From assembly GCA_965612795.1 (NCBI GenBank), contig CBFDTI010000001.1, positions 1 to 64,000 of the forward strand: DNA of 64,000 bases, given 5' to 3'. The notes beneath the pieces were generated by a model. It saw nothing but the letters and a program-made list of their open reading frames with translations. It was not told the DNA's origin and did not search any database. Shown here one piece after another: positions 49,680 through 59,282 of this stretch. This stretch comes from an uncultured bacterium (GTDB lineage: Bacteria; Hydrothermota; UBA3073; NMUJ01). Every line of letters starts with the position of its first letter. Positions within the stretch are counted from its first letter, which is position 1. A program made the position numbers and the translations under genes.

Positions 49680-50812
49680 TACTTGAAAAATTCAATAATC
49701 GTATCTATAACATAATCAACCTCATCTTCCGATAAATACTGGAAAATAGGCAAAGATAGCACCTCCTTACTAGCTTTTTCAGAAACTGGCAGATCACCCT
49801 CCCTATAACCAAGGTATGATAACGCCGGCTGTAAGTGACACGGTATGGGATAATGTATTGCAGTTTCTATCCCTCTCTCCTGGAGGAACTTCCGCAGATT
49901 ATCACGTTCTGGCGTCCTTATAGTGTACTGGTGATAGATATGGGTTCTATCAGGCTTTTTAGTTGGTATTTCAACAACCCCCTGGAGCTTCATATTGTAT
50001 TTGGCTGCAATAGCTCTTCGACGTTCGTTCCACTCTTCAAGACGTTTAAAATTCACGCTAAGTATAGCAGCCTGTATCGCATCGAGCCGCGAGTTATACC
50101 CCCAATCCGGATAGTAATACTTCCTTGTGGCCCCATGTATTCTATATGTCTTGACTTTCTCATAAAGTGCAGGATCATCTGTAAATATCATGCCTGCATC
50201 ACCAAATGCAGGTAGATTTTTTGTAGGGAAGAAGCTCACCCCTCCTAACAAGCCGAACGAGCCCACCTTTTTACCTTTGTATTCAGCACCTAATGCTTGT
50301 GCAAGATCCTCTACCACGGGTATCTCATACTTTGTAGCAATATCCATGATTTCATCCATATCCGCACTCTGGCCATAAAGATGTACAGGCATGATCGCCT
50401 TTAACCGTGAACGTACAGATGGCGGCAGATGTTTAATCACAATAGCAAGGTGTGCGGGATCCATATTGTAGGTTTGGGGTTCGATATCCACAAAGATAGG
50501 TGTAGCACCCAACCGTATTATAACCTCAGGTGTTGCAAAAAACGTAAATGTAGTAGTTATGACGAAATCACCCTGTCCCACACCTATCGCACGTAGTGCC
50601 AGCAGTAATGCATCTGTGCCACTCGCTACTCCCAACGCATATGAGGTACCTACATAATGTGCTAATGTTTGTTCAAGCTGTGCTACAACATCACCCAGAA
50701 TAAACCTACCGGTATTAAGTACTGAGCCGATTGCTGCATCTATATCGGGTTTCAAGTCTTCATACAATCGTCGAAGATTAATCAACGGTACATGCATCTC
50801 ATATCTCTTCAT
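49679..50812 (-). CDS. DegT/DnrJ/EryC1/StrS aminotransferase
   Basis: SGTDAL, PVHLYGQ, SFFPTKNL, NSRLD, LSLP. Confidence 0.95.
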   Translation of the reverse strand: MKRYEMHVPLINLRRLYEDLKPDIDAAIGSVLNTGRFILGDVVAQLEQTLAHYVGTSYALGVASGTDALLLALRAIGVGQGDFVITTTFTFFATPEVIIRLGATPIFVDIEPQTYNMDPAHLAIVIKHLPPSVRSRLKAIMPVHLYGQSADMDEIMDIATKYEIPVVEDLAQALGAEYKGKKVGSFGLLGGVSFFPTKNLPAFGDAGMIFTDDPALYEKVKTYRIHGATRKYYYPDWGYNSRLDAIQAAILSVNFKRLEEWNERRRAIAAKYNMKLQGVVEIPTKKPDRTHIYHQYTIRTPERDNLRKFLQERGIETAIHYPIPCHLQPALSYLGYREGDLPVSEKASKEVLSLPIFQYLSEDEVDYVIDTIIEFFK

Positions 50813-51369
50813 TTTACGCGTTCAATATATTCGCCAGTACGTGTATCAACTTTGATGATATCGCCTTCCTCGATAAATAGTGGTACCGTAATGGTGAGTC
50901 CCGTCTCCAGTTTAGCAGGTTTACTACCGCCGGTCGCAGTATCACCACGTACACCAGGGGGTGTCTCAACTACTTTAAGTTCGACAAAATTTGGCAATTT
51001 CACACCTACAGGTTCGCCATCTGCATAAACTATATTCACGTTCATGTTCTCTGTAAGGTAATTACGTGCTTCACCCACAACTTCAACAGATAGCGGAAGC
51101 TGATCGTATGTTTCCATATCCATGAAATAGAACGTATCGCCTTCACGATATATGTACTGAAAGTTCTTTTCCTCCAGATGTACGATGTCTATCTTATCGC
51201 CCGCTTTGAAGGTACGTTCCAGCACCACACCAGTTTTAAGGTTTTTGAGCCGTGTTCGCACAAAAGCACCACCTCTACCCATTTTCACATGTTGAAAATC
51301 CACAACTGTATAGAGGGCATCCTCCAACTTTATTGTTACACCTTTTCTTAGGTCGGATGTTGTGGCCAT
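50809..51369 (-). CDS. efp: elongation factor P
   Basis: HVKMGRGGAFVR, PGVRGDTA, VPLFI..GD.IKVDTR. Confidence 0.97.
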   Translation of the reverse strand: MATTSDLRKGVTIKLEDALYTVVDFQHVKMGRGGAFVRTRLKNLKTGVVLERTFKAGDKIDIVHLEEKNFQYIYREGDTFYFMDMETYDQLPLSVEVVGEARNYLTENMNVNIVYADGEPVGVKLPNFVELKVVETPPGVRGDTATGGSKPAKLETGLTITVPLFIEEGDIIKVDTRTGEYIERVK

Positions 51370-51370
51370 A

Positions 51371-52108
51371 TCACCCCCTTGTTATACTAAAAGTCGCCAA
51401 ATACTGTTTAATAAGTGGTATGTTGGAGGTTTTGAACTCCTCAATATCGCCCTCGAAGATTATCTTACCTTCCGCCAACATCGCTATTTTATCCGCTACG
51501 GTAAATGTACACTGTAGATCATGTGTCACAATTATTGCTGTAAGTCCAAGTGTTTTCTGTAGTTCCTTTATTAACTCGTTTATCTTTTGTGCAGTGAGTG
51601 GATCCAATCCCGTCGTAGGTTCATCAAATAGTAGATATTTGGGTTCCATTGCCAACGCACGTGCAATAGCTACACGTTTTTTCATACCACCCGAGAGCTC
51701 CGATGGCATAAGTTCTTCGCTACCCGCCATCTCAACGAGTGTGAGTTTATCACGTGCTATACGACGTAGATTCTCCTCCGGCAAATGGTCGTGCACCCTC
51801 AATGCAAGTGTAACATTTTCCCATACAGGTGACGAGTCGAGTAACGCCGAGCCCTGAAACACCATAGCCATTTTCCTACGTATGTTCCAAAGCTGTTTGC
51901 TGGATGCTCTCGTTATATCTATACCATCTATAAATATATTACCGCTGTCAGGTTTAAGTAACCCTATGATGTGTTTCAATAACACACTTTTGCCCACCCC
52001 CGAACGCCCCAATATTACAGTGATCTTCTTCTCTGGAATTATGAGGTTTACACCCCTTAACACATGGTTATCACCAAAGGATTTATGTAAATCTTTAACC
52101 TCTATCAT
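51371..52108 (-). CDS. mlaF: MlaF-like ABC transporter ATPase
   Basis: GRSGVGKS, LSGGMKKRVAIARA, DEPTTGLDP; adjacent to MlaE. Confidence 0.88.
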   Translation of the reverse strand: MIEVKDLHKSFGDNHVLRGVNLIIPEKKITVILGRSGVGKSVLLKHIIGLLKPDSGNIFIDGIDITRASSKQLWNIRRKMAMVFQGSALLDSSPVWENVTLALRVHDHLPEENLRRIARDKLTLVEMAGSEELMPSELSGGMKKRVAIARALAMEPKYLLFDEPTTGLDPLTAQKINELIKELQKTLGLTAIIVTHDLQCTFTVADKIAMLAEGKIIFEGDIEEFKTSNIPLIKQYLATFSITRG

Positions 52109-52848
52109 AAGTAATTAAACATCAGCACACCAACAACGTTGTCAAACAACAACACAAGTACTGAAGCAGCTACTACACTTTGAGTAGCACATTTACCTAC
52201 ACTTTCGGCACCTCCCATAGCTTTCATCCCATAGAAGGTACCAATAATACCTATTATTACACCGAATACTGCACTCTTGACAAGGCTACCCGCAAACTCT
52301 ATCGGCAGAAAATTAAACCTTAATCCCTCTATGTAGTTGATCAATTTTATATGAAGTAAAGTAGCTGCACATACCCCACCACCTATCATAGCAGAGACCT
52401 CACCCACCATCGTCAATATCGGGGTAGCAATCAACGTCGCCATTATCCTTGGCAATATTATGTAATGATAAGGATCTATAGCAAGTGTCTCAAGAGCATC
52501 TATCTGCTCGGTGACCTTCATGCTACCTATCTCTGCTGCTAAAGCTGACGTCACCTTACCTGCGAGTAGCAACCCCGTTAATAATGGACCTAACATTATA
52601 AGGAACGCTTTTGCTACTGCCATACCTATGTACACTTCAGGGAAATACCCCCTCCCCTGAAAGGCGGCTTGATACGCGGTGGCAAATCCACCAAAGAAGA
52701 GCGTTATCAATATGATGGATAACGAACCTACACCAAGCTTCCAAACTTCACTGATAATAGATGGTATCACACTGAAAACCCTCGGTAAACGCTTGAGCAC
52801 TTCCCATATAAATAGTGTAAGCTCCCCTACATAACTAAGTGCCTTCAT
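52105..52848 (-). CDS. mlaE: MlaE family ABC permease
   Basis: LGPLLT, AEIGSMKVTEQIDALE, GAESVG..AT..VV. Confidence 0.92.
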   Translation of the reverse strand: MKALSYVGELTLFIWEVLKRLPRVFSVIPSIISEVWKLGVGSLSIILITLFFGGFATAYQAAFQGRGYFPEVYIGMAVAKAFLIMLGPLLTGLLLAGKVTSALAAEIGSMKVTEQIDALETLAIDPYHYIILPRIMATLIATPILTMVGEVSAMIGGGVCAATLLHIKLINYIEGLRFNFLPIEFAGSLVKSAVFGVIIGIIGTFYGMKAMGGAESVGKCATQSVVAASVLVLLFDNVVGVLMFNYL

Positions 52849-54175
52849 ATTGCCTCTCAAGTTCCACAAAACGGGTATAATCTTCTTGAAAATATAGTTG
52901 TGTTATACCCACAGGACCATTACGATTTTTACCAATAATTACTTGGAAAATATTTTGTTCAGTTTCGGTCTCCGGTTTGTGTAAAAATATCACAATATCT
53001 GCATCCTGCTCTATAGCACCAGATTCACGTAAATCCGATAATTTTGGTGGCCTCTTCTCCCTCGCAGCAGCCCTCGATAGCTGCGATACTGCAATAACCG
53101 GTAAGTCTAACTCTTTGGCTAAATCTTTCAACGATCTGGATATAAAGCTTATCTCCTGCTGACGATTCTCCATTCTACGGTGTGACGTAATAAGCTGTAG
53201 ATAATCGACTATTATGAGCTTGACATCTTCTCGTGATTTAAGTCTCCGTGCCTTTGCACGTAATTCCAGTATAGATATTGCCGGTGTATCATCAATAAAG
53301 ATAGGAGATTCGGAGAGATTACCCGACGCAGTGTATAATCGGGAGAGATCCTCTTGTGTTATATTACCGGTCCGTACTTTATGGATACCCACCTGTGCAT
53401 GCATACACAGTAGACGTTGTACAACATGCTCTTTTGACATTTCTAAACTAAAAAACGCAACCGGCACAGGTGGATCCGAACGTACCGCGAGATGTTCTAT
53501 AATATTAAGTGCAAATGCTGTTTTACCCATACCAGGGCGCGCTGCTAGGACAATAAATTCACTGTTATGAAAACCTGCAGTATATTTATCAAGATCATTG
53601 AACCCAGAAGGTATACCAGTGATGAACCTTCGTTCCCTATAAGCCTTTTCTATCATCTCGAACACATCCGTAAGCACCGCACGTACAGGTATAAACCCCC
53701 TCTTTATTCTCTTCTCTTTAATAGAGAATATGAGTCTCTCCGCCTCATCCAACGTCTCATCCACGTCCTCCGGCATAGCATACGCTGCCTCGATGATCTT
53801 TTTACCAGCTCGTATCATCTCACGCAAAACAGCCTTGTCTGCAACTATGCGCGCATAATGCTCGATATTTGCCAGAGAGGCGACGCTTTCTAACAAATTG
53901 GCTAAGAACTCTTTTCCGCCAATTTCTTCTAACATTCCTTTGTCTTTCAGTTTTTCGGCCAATGTCACAACATCAACAACTTCGTTTGATTCATACATTT
54001 CGACTATTGTTTCAAAGATTTGGCGATGCGATTTGAGGTAGAATGTGTTAGGTGTAAGCATAGTTATGACCTTCTCTATAGCATCTTTACTCATTATCAT
54101 AGCACCCAGCAGGCTACGTTCTGCGTCTACTGAGTGTGGTTCGTATGCCTCAATTTGTTCTTTCTTCTCTTTCAT
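52835..54175 (-). CDS. dnaB: replicative DNA helicase
   Basis: PHS.DAE, AARPGMGKT, SLEM, DYLQL, SQLSR, LRESGAIEQDAD, KNRNGP. Confidence 0.97.
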   Translation of the reverse strand: MKEKKEQIEAYEPHSVDAERSLLGAMIMSKDAIEKVITMLTPNTFYLKSHRQIFETIVEMYESNEVVDVVTLAEKLKDKGMLEEIGGKEFLANLLESVASLANIEHYARIVADKAVLREMIRAGKKIIEAAYAMPEDVDETLDEAERLIFSIKEKRIKRGFIPVRAVLTDVFEMIEKAYRERRFITGIPSGFNDLDKYTAGFHNSEFIVLAARPGMGKTAFALNIIEHLAVRSDPPVPVAFFSLEMSKEHVVQRLLCMHAQVGIHKVRTGNITQEDLSRLYTASGNLSESPIFIDDTPAISILELRAKARRLKSREDVKLIIVDYLQLITSHRRMENRQQEISFISRSLKDLAKELDLPVIAVSQLSRAAAREKRPPKLSDLRESGAIEQDADIVIFLHKPETETEQNIFQVIIGKNRNGPVGITQLYFQEDYTRFVELERQYEGT

Positions 54176-54839
54176 CGTAAAGTCTCCTTAGTAATTTAAG
54201 ATGTTCCCAGGCCTCTTTTTTCCAACCTCCGTGTCTAAGCAGTGCTGCTGGGTGAAATGTTGGTAACACTTTAATTCCCTTCCAGTCGCATATTTTACCT
54301 CGTAGTCTACTGAATTCATACCTACTTTTCTCCAATATTACCGATGTAGCAAATTTACCCAATGTCAATATTATGCTGGGCTTTATAATTTCGATCTGAC
54401 GTATTAGATAATCTTTACATGCTCTTATCTCTTCCGGTAGAGGATCTCGGTTCCCTGGTGGCCTGCATTTCAATACATTCGCTATATAGACGTCCTCCCT
54501 ACTAAATCCAATAGCTTCTAACATCTTATCCAGCAGTTTACCTGCTTCACCCACGAACGGTCTGCCTTGCAGATCTTCTTCCCTACCTGGTGCCTCACCT
54601 ACCAACATGATGACACAATTTGGATTACCTTCCCCAAACACCACCTTGTTCCTGGTCTTGTGTAATCCACACTTTTTGCACTCCAAAACCTTCCTCTTAA
54701 GTTCATCCAAAACTTTAACCTTACCCTCTTTTATCGCCTTACCTGTTACCCTTATTACACTATTTTCAAGCCAATAGATACCCCTACCCAACAACTCTTC
54801 ACTCTTAAAGTATTGCTTTAATTTATCAATTTTCATCAA
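54150..54839 (-). CDS. uracil-DNA glycosylase family 4
   Basis: CKKC.L, GEAPG.EED..G.PFVG, KCRPP.NR, HPAALLR. Confidence 0.95.
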   Translation of the reverse strand: MMKIDKLKQYFKSEELLGRGIYWLENSVIRVTGKAIKEGKVKVLDELKRKVLECKKCGLHKTRNKVVFGEGNPNCVIMLVGEAPGREEDLQGRPFVGEAGKLLDKMLEAIGFSREDVYIANVLKCRPPGNRDPLPEEIRACKDYLIRQIEIIKPSIILTLGKFATSVILEKSRYEFSRLRGKICDWKGIKVLPTFHPAALLRHGGWKKEAWEHLKLLRRLYDEREERTN

Positions 54840-55461
54840 AAATAAAAAAATTTTCTACCTTATCTACAATTATTTTGCTCAATTTTCTTTTCGATACCCT
54901 ACCGATATCCCAAATTTTAAGCTCTCTATCCACAATTATTGCCTCAATATTATCGCTACCAAATGTCGTTGGTTTATTAACAACTATCATATCGAGTCCT
55001 TTTTTCCTCAGCTTCTCTACCCCATTCCATACCATAAATTCTGTCTCCAATGCGAATCCGACTAGGGTCTTACCTGGGTATCGTTTTCTTGTGATTTCCA
55101 GCACATCTGGTGTGGGTTCGAACTTAGGCTCAAATTTTACATCTTTTTTAAGCTTCTTGTTGTATCTCTTGACCGGCTTAAAATCTGTGGGTGCTGCACA
55201 CATTATTAATGCCGCCCCCCTCTTTAAGTTTTCGACGACTGCATTGAGCATCTCTTCTGTTGACTCCACTCGCACAAATTCTACTCCTACCGGTTTTTCC
55301 AACCCTGTGGGTCCAGACACCAGTATAACATGTCCTCCCCTATCTCTAATCTCTTCCGCTATAGCGTATCCCATTTTACCCGAAGCTGGGTTTGAGATAA
55401 ATCTCACCGCATCTATATACTCTCTAGTAGGTCCCGCTGTCACCACTATAGTTCTACCCAC
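54826..55461 (-). CDS. coaB: phosphopantothenate--cysteine ligase domain (CoaB), possibly frameshifted half of coaBC
   Basis: VTAGPTRE.ID.VRFISN.ASGKMG, GFALET, K..D.IVVN. Confidence 0.9.
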   Translation of the reverse strand: MGRTIVVTAGPTREYIDAVRFISNPASGKMGYAIAEEIRDRGGHVILVSGPTGLEKPVGVEFVRVESTEEMLNAVVENLKRGAALIMCAAPTDFKPVKRYNKKLKKDVKFEPKFEPTPDVLEITRKRYPGKTLVGFALETEFMVWNGVEKLRKKGLDMIVVNKPTTFGSDNIEAIIVDRELKIWDIGRVSKRKLSKIIVDKVENFFIFDEN

Positions 55462-56015
55462 TAAACTTTTTTTTTATCCAGAATTTCTTCCACAAATTTC
55501 ACTATCTTCTCGGGGTTACGCATCCTACCCTTACCGATCTTACCGGACGCCAGCTCACCCTCCTCCGGCTCTATTATCTTATATCCCATAACTTCCGACA
55601 ACTTTCTGATATTTTCCTGCAACACTTTATTTTCCCATAACCTTTCTTCCATGGCAGGTGCCAACACCACCGGTGCCCTTGTTGTTGCAACTGTTGCCAA
55701 CAACACATTATCTGCAATACCAGCCGCTACTTTGTTAATAAAATCGTAACTAGCGGGTGCCACTAACACCAAGTCAGCATCTGCCAACTCCACATGTACT
55801 GGTACAGTTTGTGATATAAAAAACTCGCTATAAACCTTATTCTGGCTCAACACCTCCGCTGCAAGTGGCGAAACAAACTGTTTAGCATCCGGTGTCAACA
55901 CAACCTTCACCTCGTATCCTTCTTTCCTGAGCAACCTCACAATTTCCAACCCTTTATATGCAGCAATACTCGCAGTAATACCGAGTATCACCTCTCCTTT
56001 TCTTCCTCTTTCCAT
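55461..56015 (-). CDS. coaC: phosphopantothenoylcysteine decarboxylase domain (CoaC)
   Basis: GITASIAAYK, HVELA, APA, A.GIAD, APAM, G.LA.G..GKGR. Confidence 0.9.
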   Translation of the reverse strand: MERGRKGEVILGITASIAAYKGLEIVRLLRKEGYEVKVVLTPDAKQFVSPLAAEVLSQNKVYSEFFISQTVPVHVELADADLVLVAPASYDFINKVAAGIADNVLLATVATTRAPVVLAPAMEERLWENKVLQENIRKLSEVMGYKIIEPEEGELASGKIGKGRMRNPEKIVKFVEEILDKKKV

Positions 56016-56218
56016 ACCACCTTCTTCTCTATGAGCCTCCTTAAGCTTTCCAGGCTAAAGTTTCGCAACTCACCCCCCATTATCTCGCCACCTAACATCT
56101 TAAAATCACGAAATATCCTATGCGCCTCTTTAGCCGCTATCACTATCGCCTTATATTTGTTATCCACAACCTTCTCCAAATCCTCAACTGCTACAAATGG
56201 TCTCTTTTTTTCTGCCAT
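55988..56218 (-). CDS. rpoZ: RNA polymerase omega subunit
   Basis: NKY.A..IAAK.A motif; typical position upstream of coaBC. Confidence 0.7.
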   Translation of the reverse strand: MAEKKRPFVAVEDLEKVVDNKYKAIVIAAKEAHRIFRDFKMLGGEIMGGELRNFSLESLRRLIEKKVVWKEEEKER

Positions 56219-56234
56219 TTTTATCCTGTTAAGT

Positions 56235-57320
56235 CTAACTTCCTCTATAAAAGGGTAGTTTCACTATCTCCGCATTTACTCGTTTCCCTCTTATATCCAC
56301 CTCCACTTTGGTTCCCACCCCATACGTTATATTGACGTATCCCATACCAATCCCGCATCCCAGTGTAGGCGAATATCCCCCACTCGTAATGTATCCTATC
56401 TCCTCATCCCCGAAATATAAGAGCTGACCCTTCCTCGGTACGGCCTTAGCTTCTCTCACTATTATCCCTACTCTATGTCTTGTCATCTTCTCCTTCTTCA
56501 ACCTCAAACTTTCCTTACCTATAAATTCACCTTTGTTGAGTTTCACAACCCATCCTAACTTTGCTTCCCAAGGTGTAGTGGTCTCATCAATATCATTCCC
56601 ATACAGTGGTAACCCAGCTTCTAACCTCAACATATCCCGTGCAATCAACCCACATACTGCCATATTGTACTTTTTACCCCTTTCTATCAACCTATCCCAT
56701 ACCTTCACACTATCTTCCGATGATATGTAAATCTCCACCCCATCCTCTCCGGTATACCCTGTACGAGATACCATCACCCTCACATTGTCAATCTTACTTC
56801 TCGTCATTTCGAATCTACGAATCTGTGACACCTTCCCTTCCGTAAGCTCGTCCACCATTTCTATCGCTTTTGGCCCCTGTACCGCTATAAGTACCGTTCT
56901 ATCACTTATATCCTCCACCTGTACCTTAAATTTTCTGCTATTCTCCCTCACCCATTCATAATCTTTACTTATGTTTGCAGCATTGACCACCAACATAAAC
57001 TCATCCCCTTCCAACCTGTATACGATTAGATCGTCTACAATACCACCTTCCGTATTACACATCATCGAATACTGTGCTGAAAATGGTTTCAGTTTACCCA
57101 CGTCATTTACTGTGATATAGTTAACGAACTCAAACGCCCCCTTCCCTCTTATACTGAACTCACCCATGTGGGAAACATCAAACATTCCCACTTTCTCCCT
57201 AACTGATCGTACCTCTTCTATCACCCCACGATAATACATAGGCATGTAGAAGCCCGCAAACTCACCCATCTTCGCACCCAGCTCCACGTGCCTCTCATGG
57301 AGAGGCAACTGCTTCAGCAT
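56235..57320 (-). CDS. gcvT: glycine cleavage system aminomethyltransferase T
   Basis: FDVSHMGE, VNAAN, SRTGYTGEDG.E, RD.LRLEAG..LYG, TSG..SP. Confidence 0.96.
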   Translation of the reverse strand: MLKQLPLHERHVELGAKMGEFAGFYMPMYYRGVIEEVRSVREKVGMFDVSHMGEFSIRGKGAFEFVNYITVNDVGKLKPFSAQYSMMCNTEGGIVDDLIVYRLEGDEFMLVVNAANISKDYEWVRENSRKFKVQVEDISDRTVLIAVQGPKAIEMVDELTEGKVSQIRRFEMTRSKIDNVRVMVSRTGYTGEDGVEIYISSEDSVKVWDRLIERGKKYNMAVCGLIARDMLRLEAGLPLYGNDIDETTTPWEAKLGWVVKLNKGEFIGKESLRLKKEKMTRHRVGIIVREAKAVPRKGQLLYFGDEEIGYITSGGYSPTLGCGIGMGYVNITYGVGTKVEVDIRGKRVNAEIVKLPFYRGS

Positions 57321-58420
57321 TACTCTTCTGGTACGAATCTATCTTTGAGCTTCTCCATAACCTGCGGCAACGTTGTATACTCCATTTCGGCAAGCCCTAA
57401 CCTATGTGGTTCAAACGGTCCATGTGCCCTCATATAGTTTGCGATAACGTTCGCCATACCGCGTGCCTCATCGAAACTCGGGTCATCAAACATATCACGT
57501 GGCCCCACAAGCATCCCATCCTGCGTTATCTGTAAACCTGCTGCTATAACTCGTGGCGGGCCATCAAACCTTGATGGATTGGCTTGCTCAAATCCCACAG
57601 GCATAAGCGGTCCATGATGAGACCCTCTCATCCATCCTGCCACCAGGTGTGGATTCGTAAACGGCTCCAACACCTCACCCACTGCTGGGAAGCCACTCTG
57701 TGTCCTCACTATAAGTACCGGATCATCTTTCCCCACATATCTACCAGCCATCATCGATAGCTTCTGAGTCGATGACACAGCTGCTATCTCGCCATCCTTT
57801 CTGAAGACTCGCTTAATTATGTAATGCTCCATTGCCCCTATTAAAACAAGCATATCATATATCTCTTCAGGTGTATCAAACACTATTTTCTTGTGCTCAT
57901 ACACATCCAAGACTTCAAACTTAAACCCATTATGAAGTTTAGGATCTATCACCAATCCTGCCGTGTTGAACGGATCTGCAAAAATCTTATATAGGATGAA
58001 ATTCCATGCCCCCGGTGATGTTTTATCCGCCATGAAAACAATCACAGGTTCGCTGGGTCTCACCTCAATTTCCATCTCCGCCACACCCGGTCCCATACCT
58101 TTCACATTGCCTGAGAATGCTTCACTAAGTATATCCTGGCCTGCTCCGTATAAGCCCATCTTCTTCGCAATCTCCGTACATGCGGTAAATATATCCCACG
58201 CTGTTTTGTGGATATCCGGGTTATCTTCACCCTTCGTATGTGTCATTATGAGTTCCAGATCATCTCCACAATGCAATACCCTATAATCTTTGATGATTCC
58301 TCTCTCTTTTGCCTTACCTAATTCCTCCTTCGCCTCATCCATGAGTGCTGGATGCATAGAAGAGTGGCCAACATATCCACCGATATCCGCTTTTATCACT
58401 GATAATGTAACCTTACCCAT
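57320..58420 (-). CDS. fbp: bifunctional fructose-1,6-bisphosphate aldolase/phosphatase (class V)
   Basis: IKADIGG.VGH, GDD, LYGAGQD, DPFNTAGLVID, YVGKDDP, GWMRGSH, FDGPP, MEYT. Confidence 0.96.
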   Translation of the reverse strand: MGKVTLSVIKADIGGYVGHSSMHPALMDEAKEELGKAKERGIIKDYRVLHCGDDLELIMTHTKGEDNPDIHKTAWDIFTACTEIAKKMGLYGAGQDILSEAFSGNVKGMGPGVAEMEIEVRPSEPVIVFMADKTSPGAWNFILYKIFADPFNTAGLVIDPKLHNGFKFEVLDVYEHKKIVFDTPEEIYDMLVLIGAMEHYIIKRVFRKDGEIAAVSSTQKLSMMAGRYVGKDDPVLIVRTQSGFPAVGEVLEPFTNPHLVAGWMRGSHHGPLMPVGFEQANPSRFDGPPRVIAAGLQITQDGMLVGPRDMFDDPSFDEARGMANVIANYMRAHGPFEPHRLGLAEMEYTTLPQVMEKLKDRFVPEE

Positions 58421-58431
58421 TTTTTCCTCCT

Positions 58432-58725
58432 TTATTTAATCTCTGACACCATACTTATGGCGTCAAACGGGCACTCCACTGCACATATGCCACATCCCTT
58501 GCAATACTCATAATCTATCACAAAACGCTCATTTTCTATCACAATAGCAGGTTCGGGACAGTACTTCCAACATATTCCACAGTTTTTACATTTTCCATAG
58601 TCGATCACGGGTCGCATCTGACGCCATGTCCCAGTTTTGTTAACTCGCATACTACTTAATGATACAGCCAACGGTGGCATATCTTCAACACCTGCCCATT
58701 CTATCTTCTTAGCTTCCTTTTTCAT
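58432..58725 (-). CDS. porD: 2-oxoacid:ferredoxin oxidoreductase delta subunit (2x4Fe-4S)
   Basis: KTGTWR..RP, CKNCGICWKYCP, YCKGCGICAVECP. Confidence 0.92.
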   Translation of the reverse strand: MKKEAKKIEWAGVEDMPPLAVSLSSMRVNKTGTWRQMRPVIDYGKCKNCGICWKYCPEPAIVIENERFVIDYEYCKGCGICAVECPFDAISMVSEIK

Positions 58726-59282
58726 CTTAACCTCTTCTTCATAATTTCATAAGCCTCTTCAGCTGCTTTCACATTTTCCTCTTTTTTGACGGGTGCAAGC
58801 TTATAGACTGCCTTAAGTATTGCCTCTTTCGACACTATACCCGACCACGCAGCGAATGCACCCACCATTGGTGTATTCACAATAGGTGCAGTTTTTGACC
58901 CCAACCCATACTTAACGGCTATACTTGTAGCGTCAATAGTTGCTATACTGTAGTTCACGTTTAGATTAAGTTCATCCGGTTCCCGTGGTGTATTGATAAG
59001 CACCTTACCACCATCTTTTAACCCTTCAAACACATTAACGCCACCTCCAATAAGTGTAGGATCAAGTACCACCACCATATCTGGGTGATATATTTTGCAT
59101 CTTAAAAATATCTTACAGTCGTTCACCCTCAAAAACGTAGCCACCGGTCTACCTCTTCTTTCAACCCCATACTCCGGAAACGCCTGTGCAAACTTACCTT
59201 CGCTCACCAATGCATCCGCAAGTATCTTAGACGCTACCACTGTACCCTGACCACCCCTACCGTGCATCCTTATTTCTATCAT
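58722..59282 (-). CDS. porC: 2-oxoacid:ferredoxin oxidoreductase gamma subunit
   Basis: EIR.HGRGGQG.V, FP.YG.ERRG.P, PIVNT. Confidence 0.93.
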   Translation of the reverse strand: MIEIRMHGRGGQGTVVASKILADALVSEGKFAQAFPEYGVERRGRPVATFLRVNDCKIFLRCKIYHPDMVVVLDPTLIGGGVNVFEGLKDGGKVLINTPREPDELNLNVNYSIATIDATSIAVKYGLGSKTAPIVNTPMVGAFAAWSGIVSKEAILKAVYKLAPVKKEENVKAAEEAYEIMKKRLR

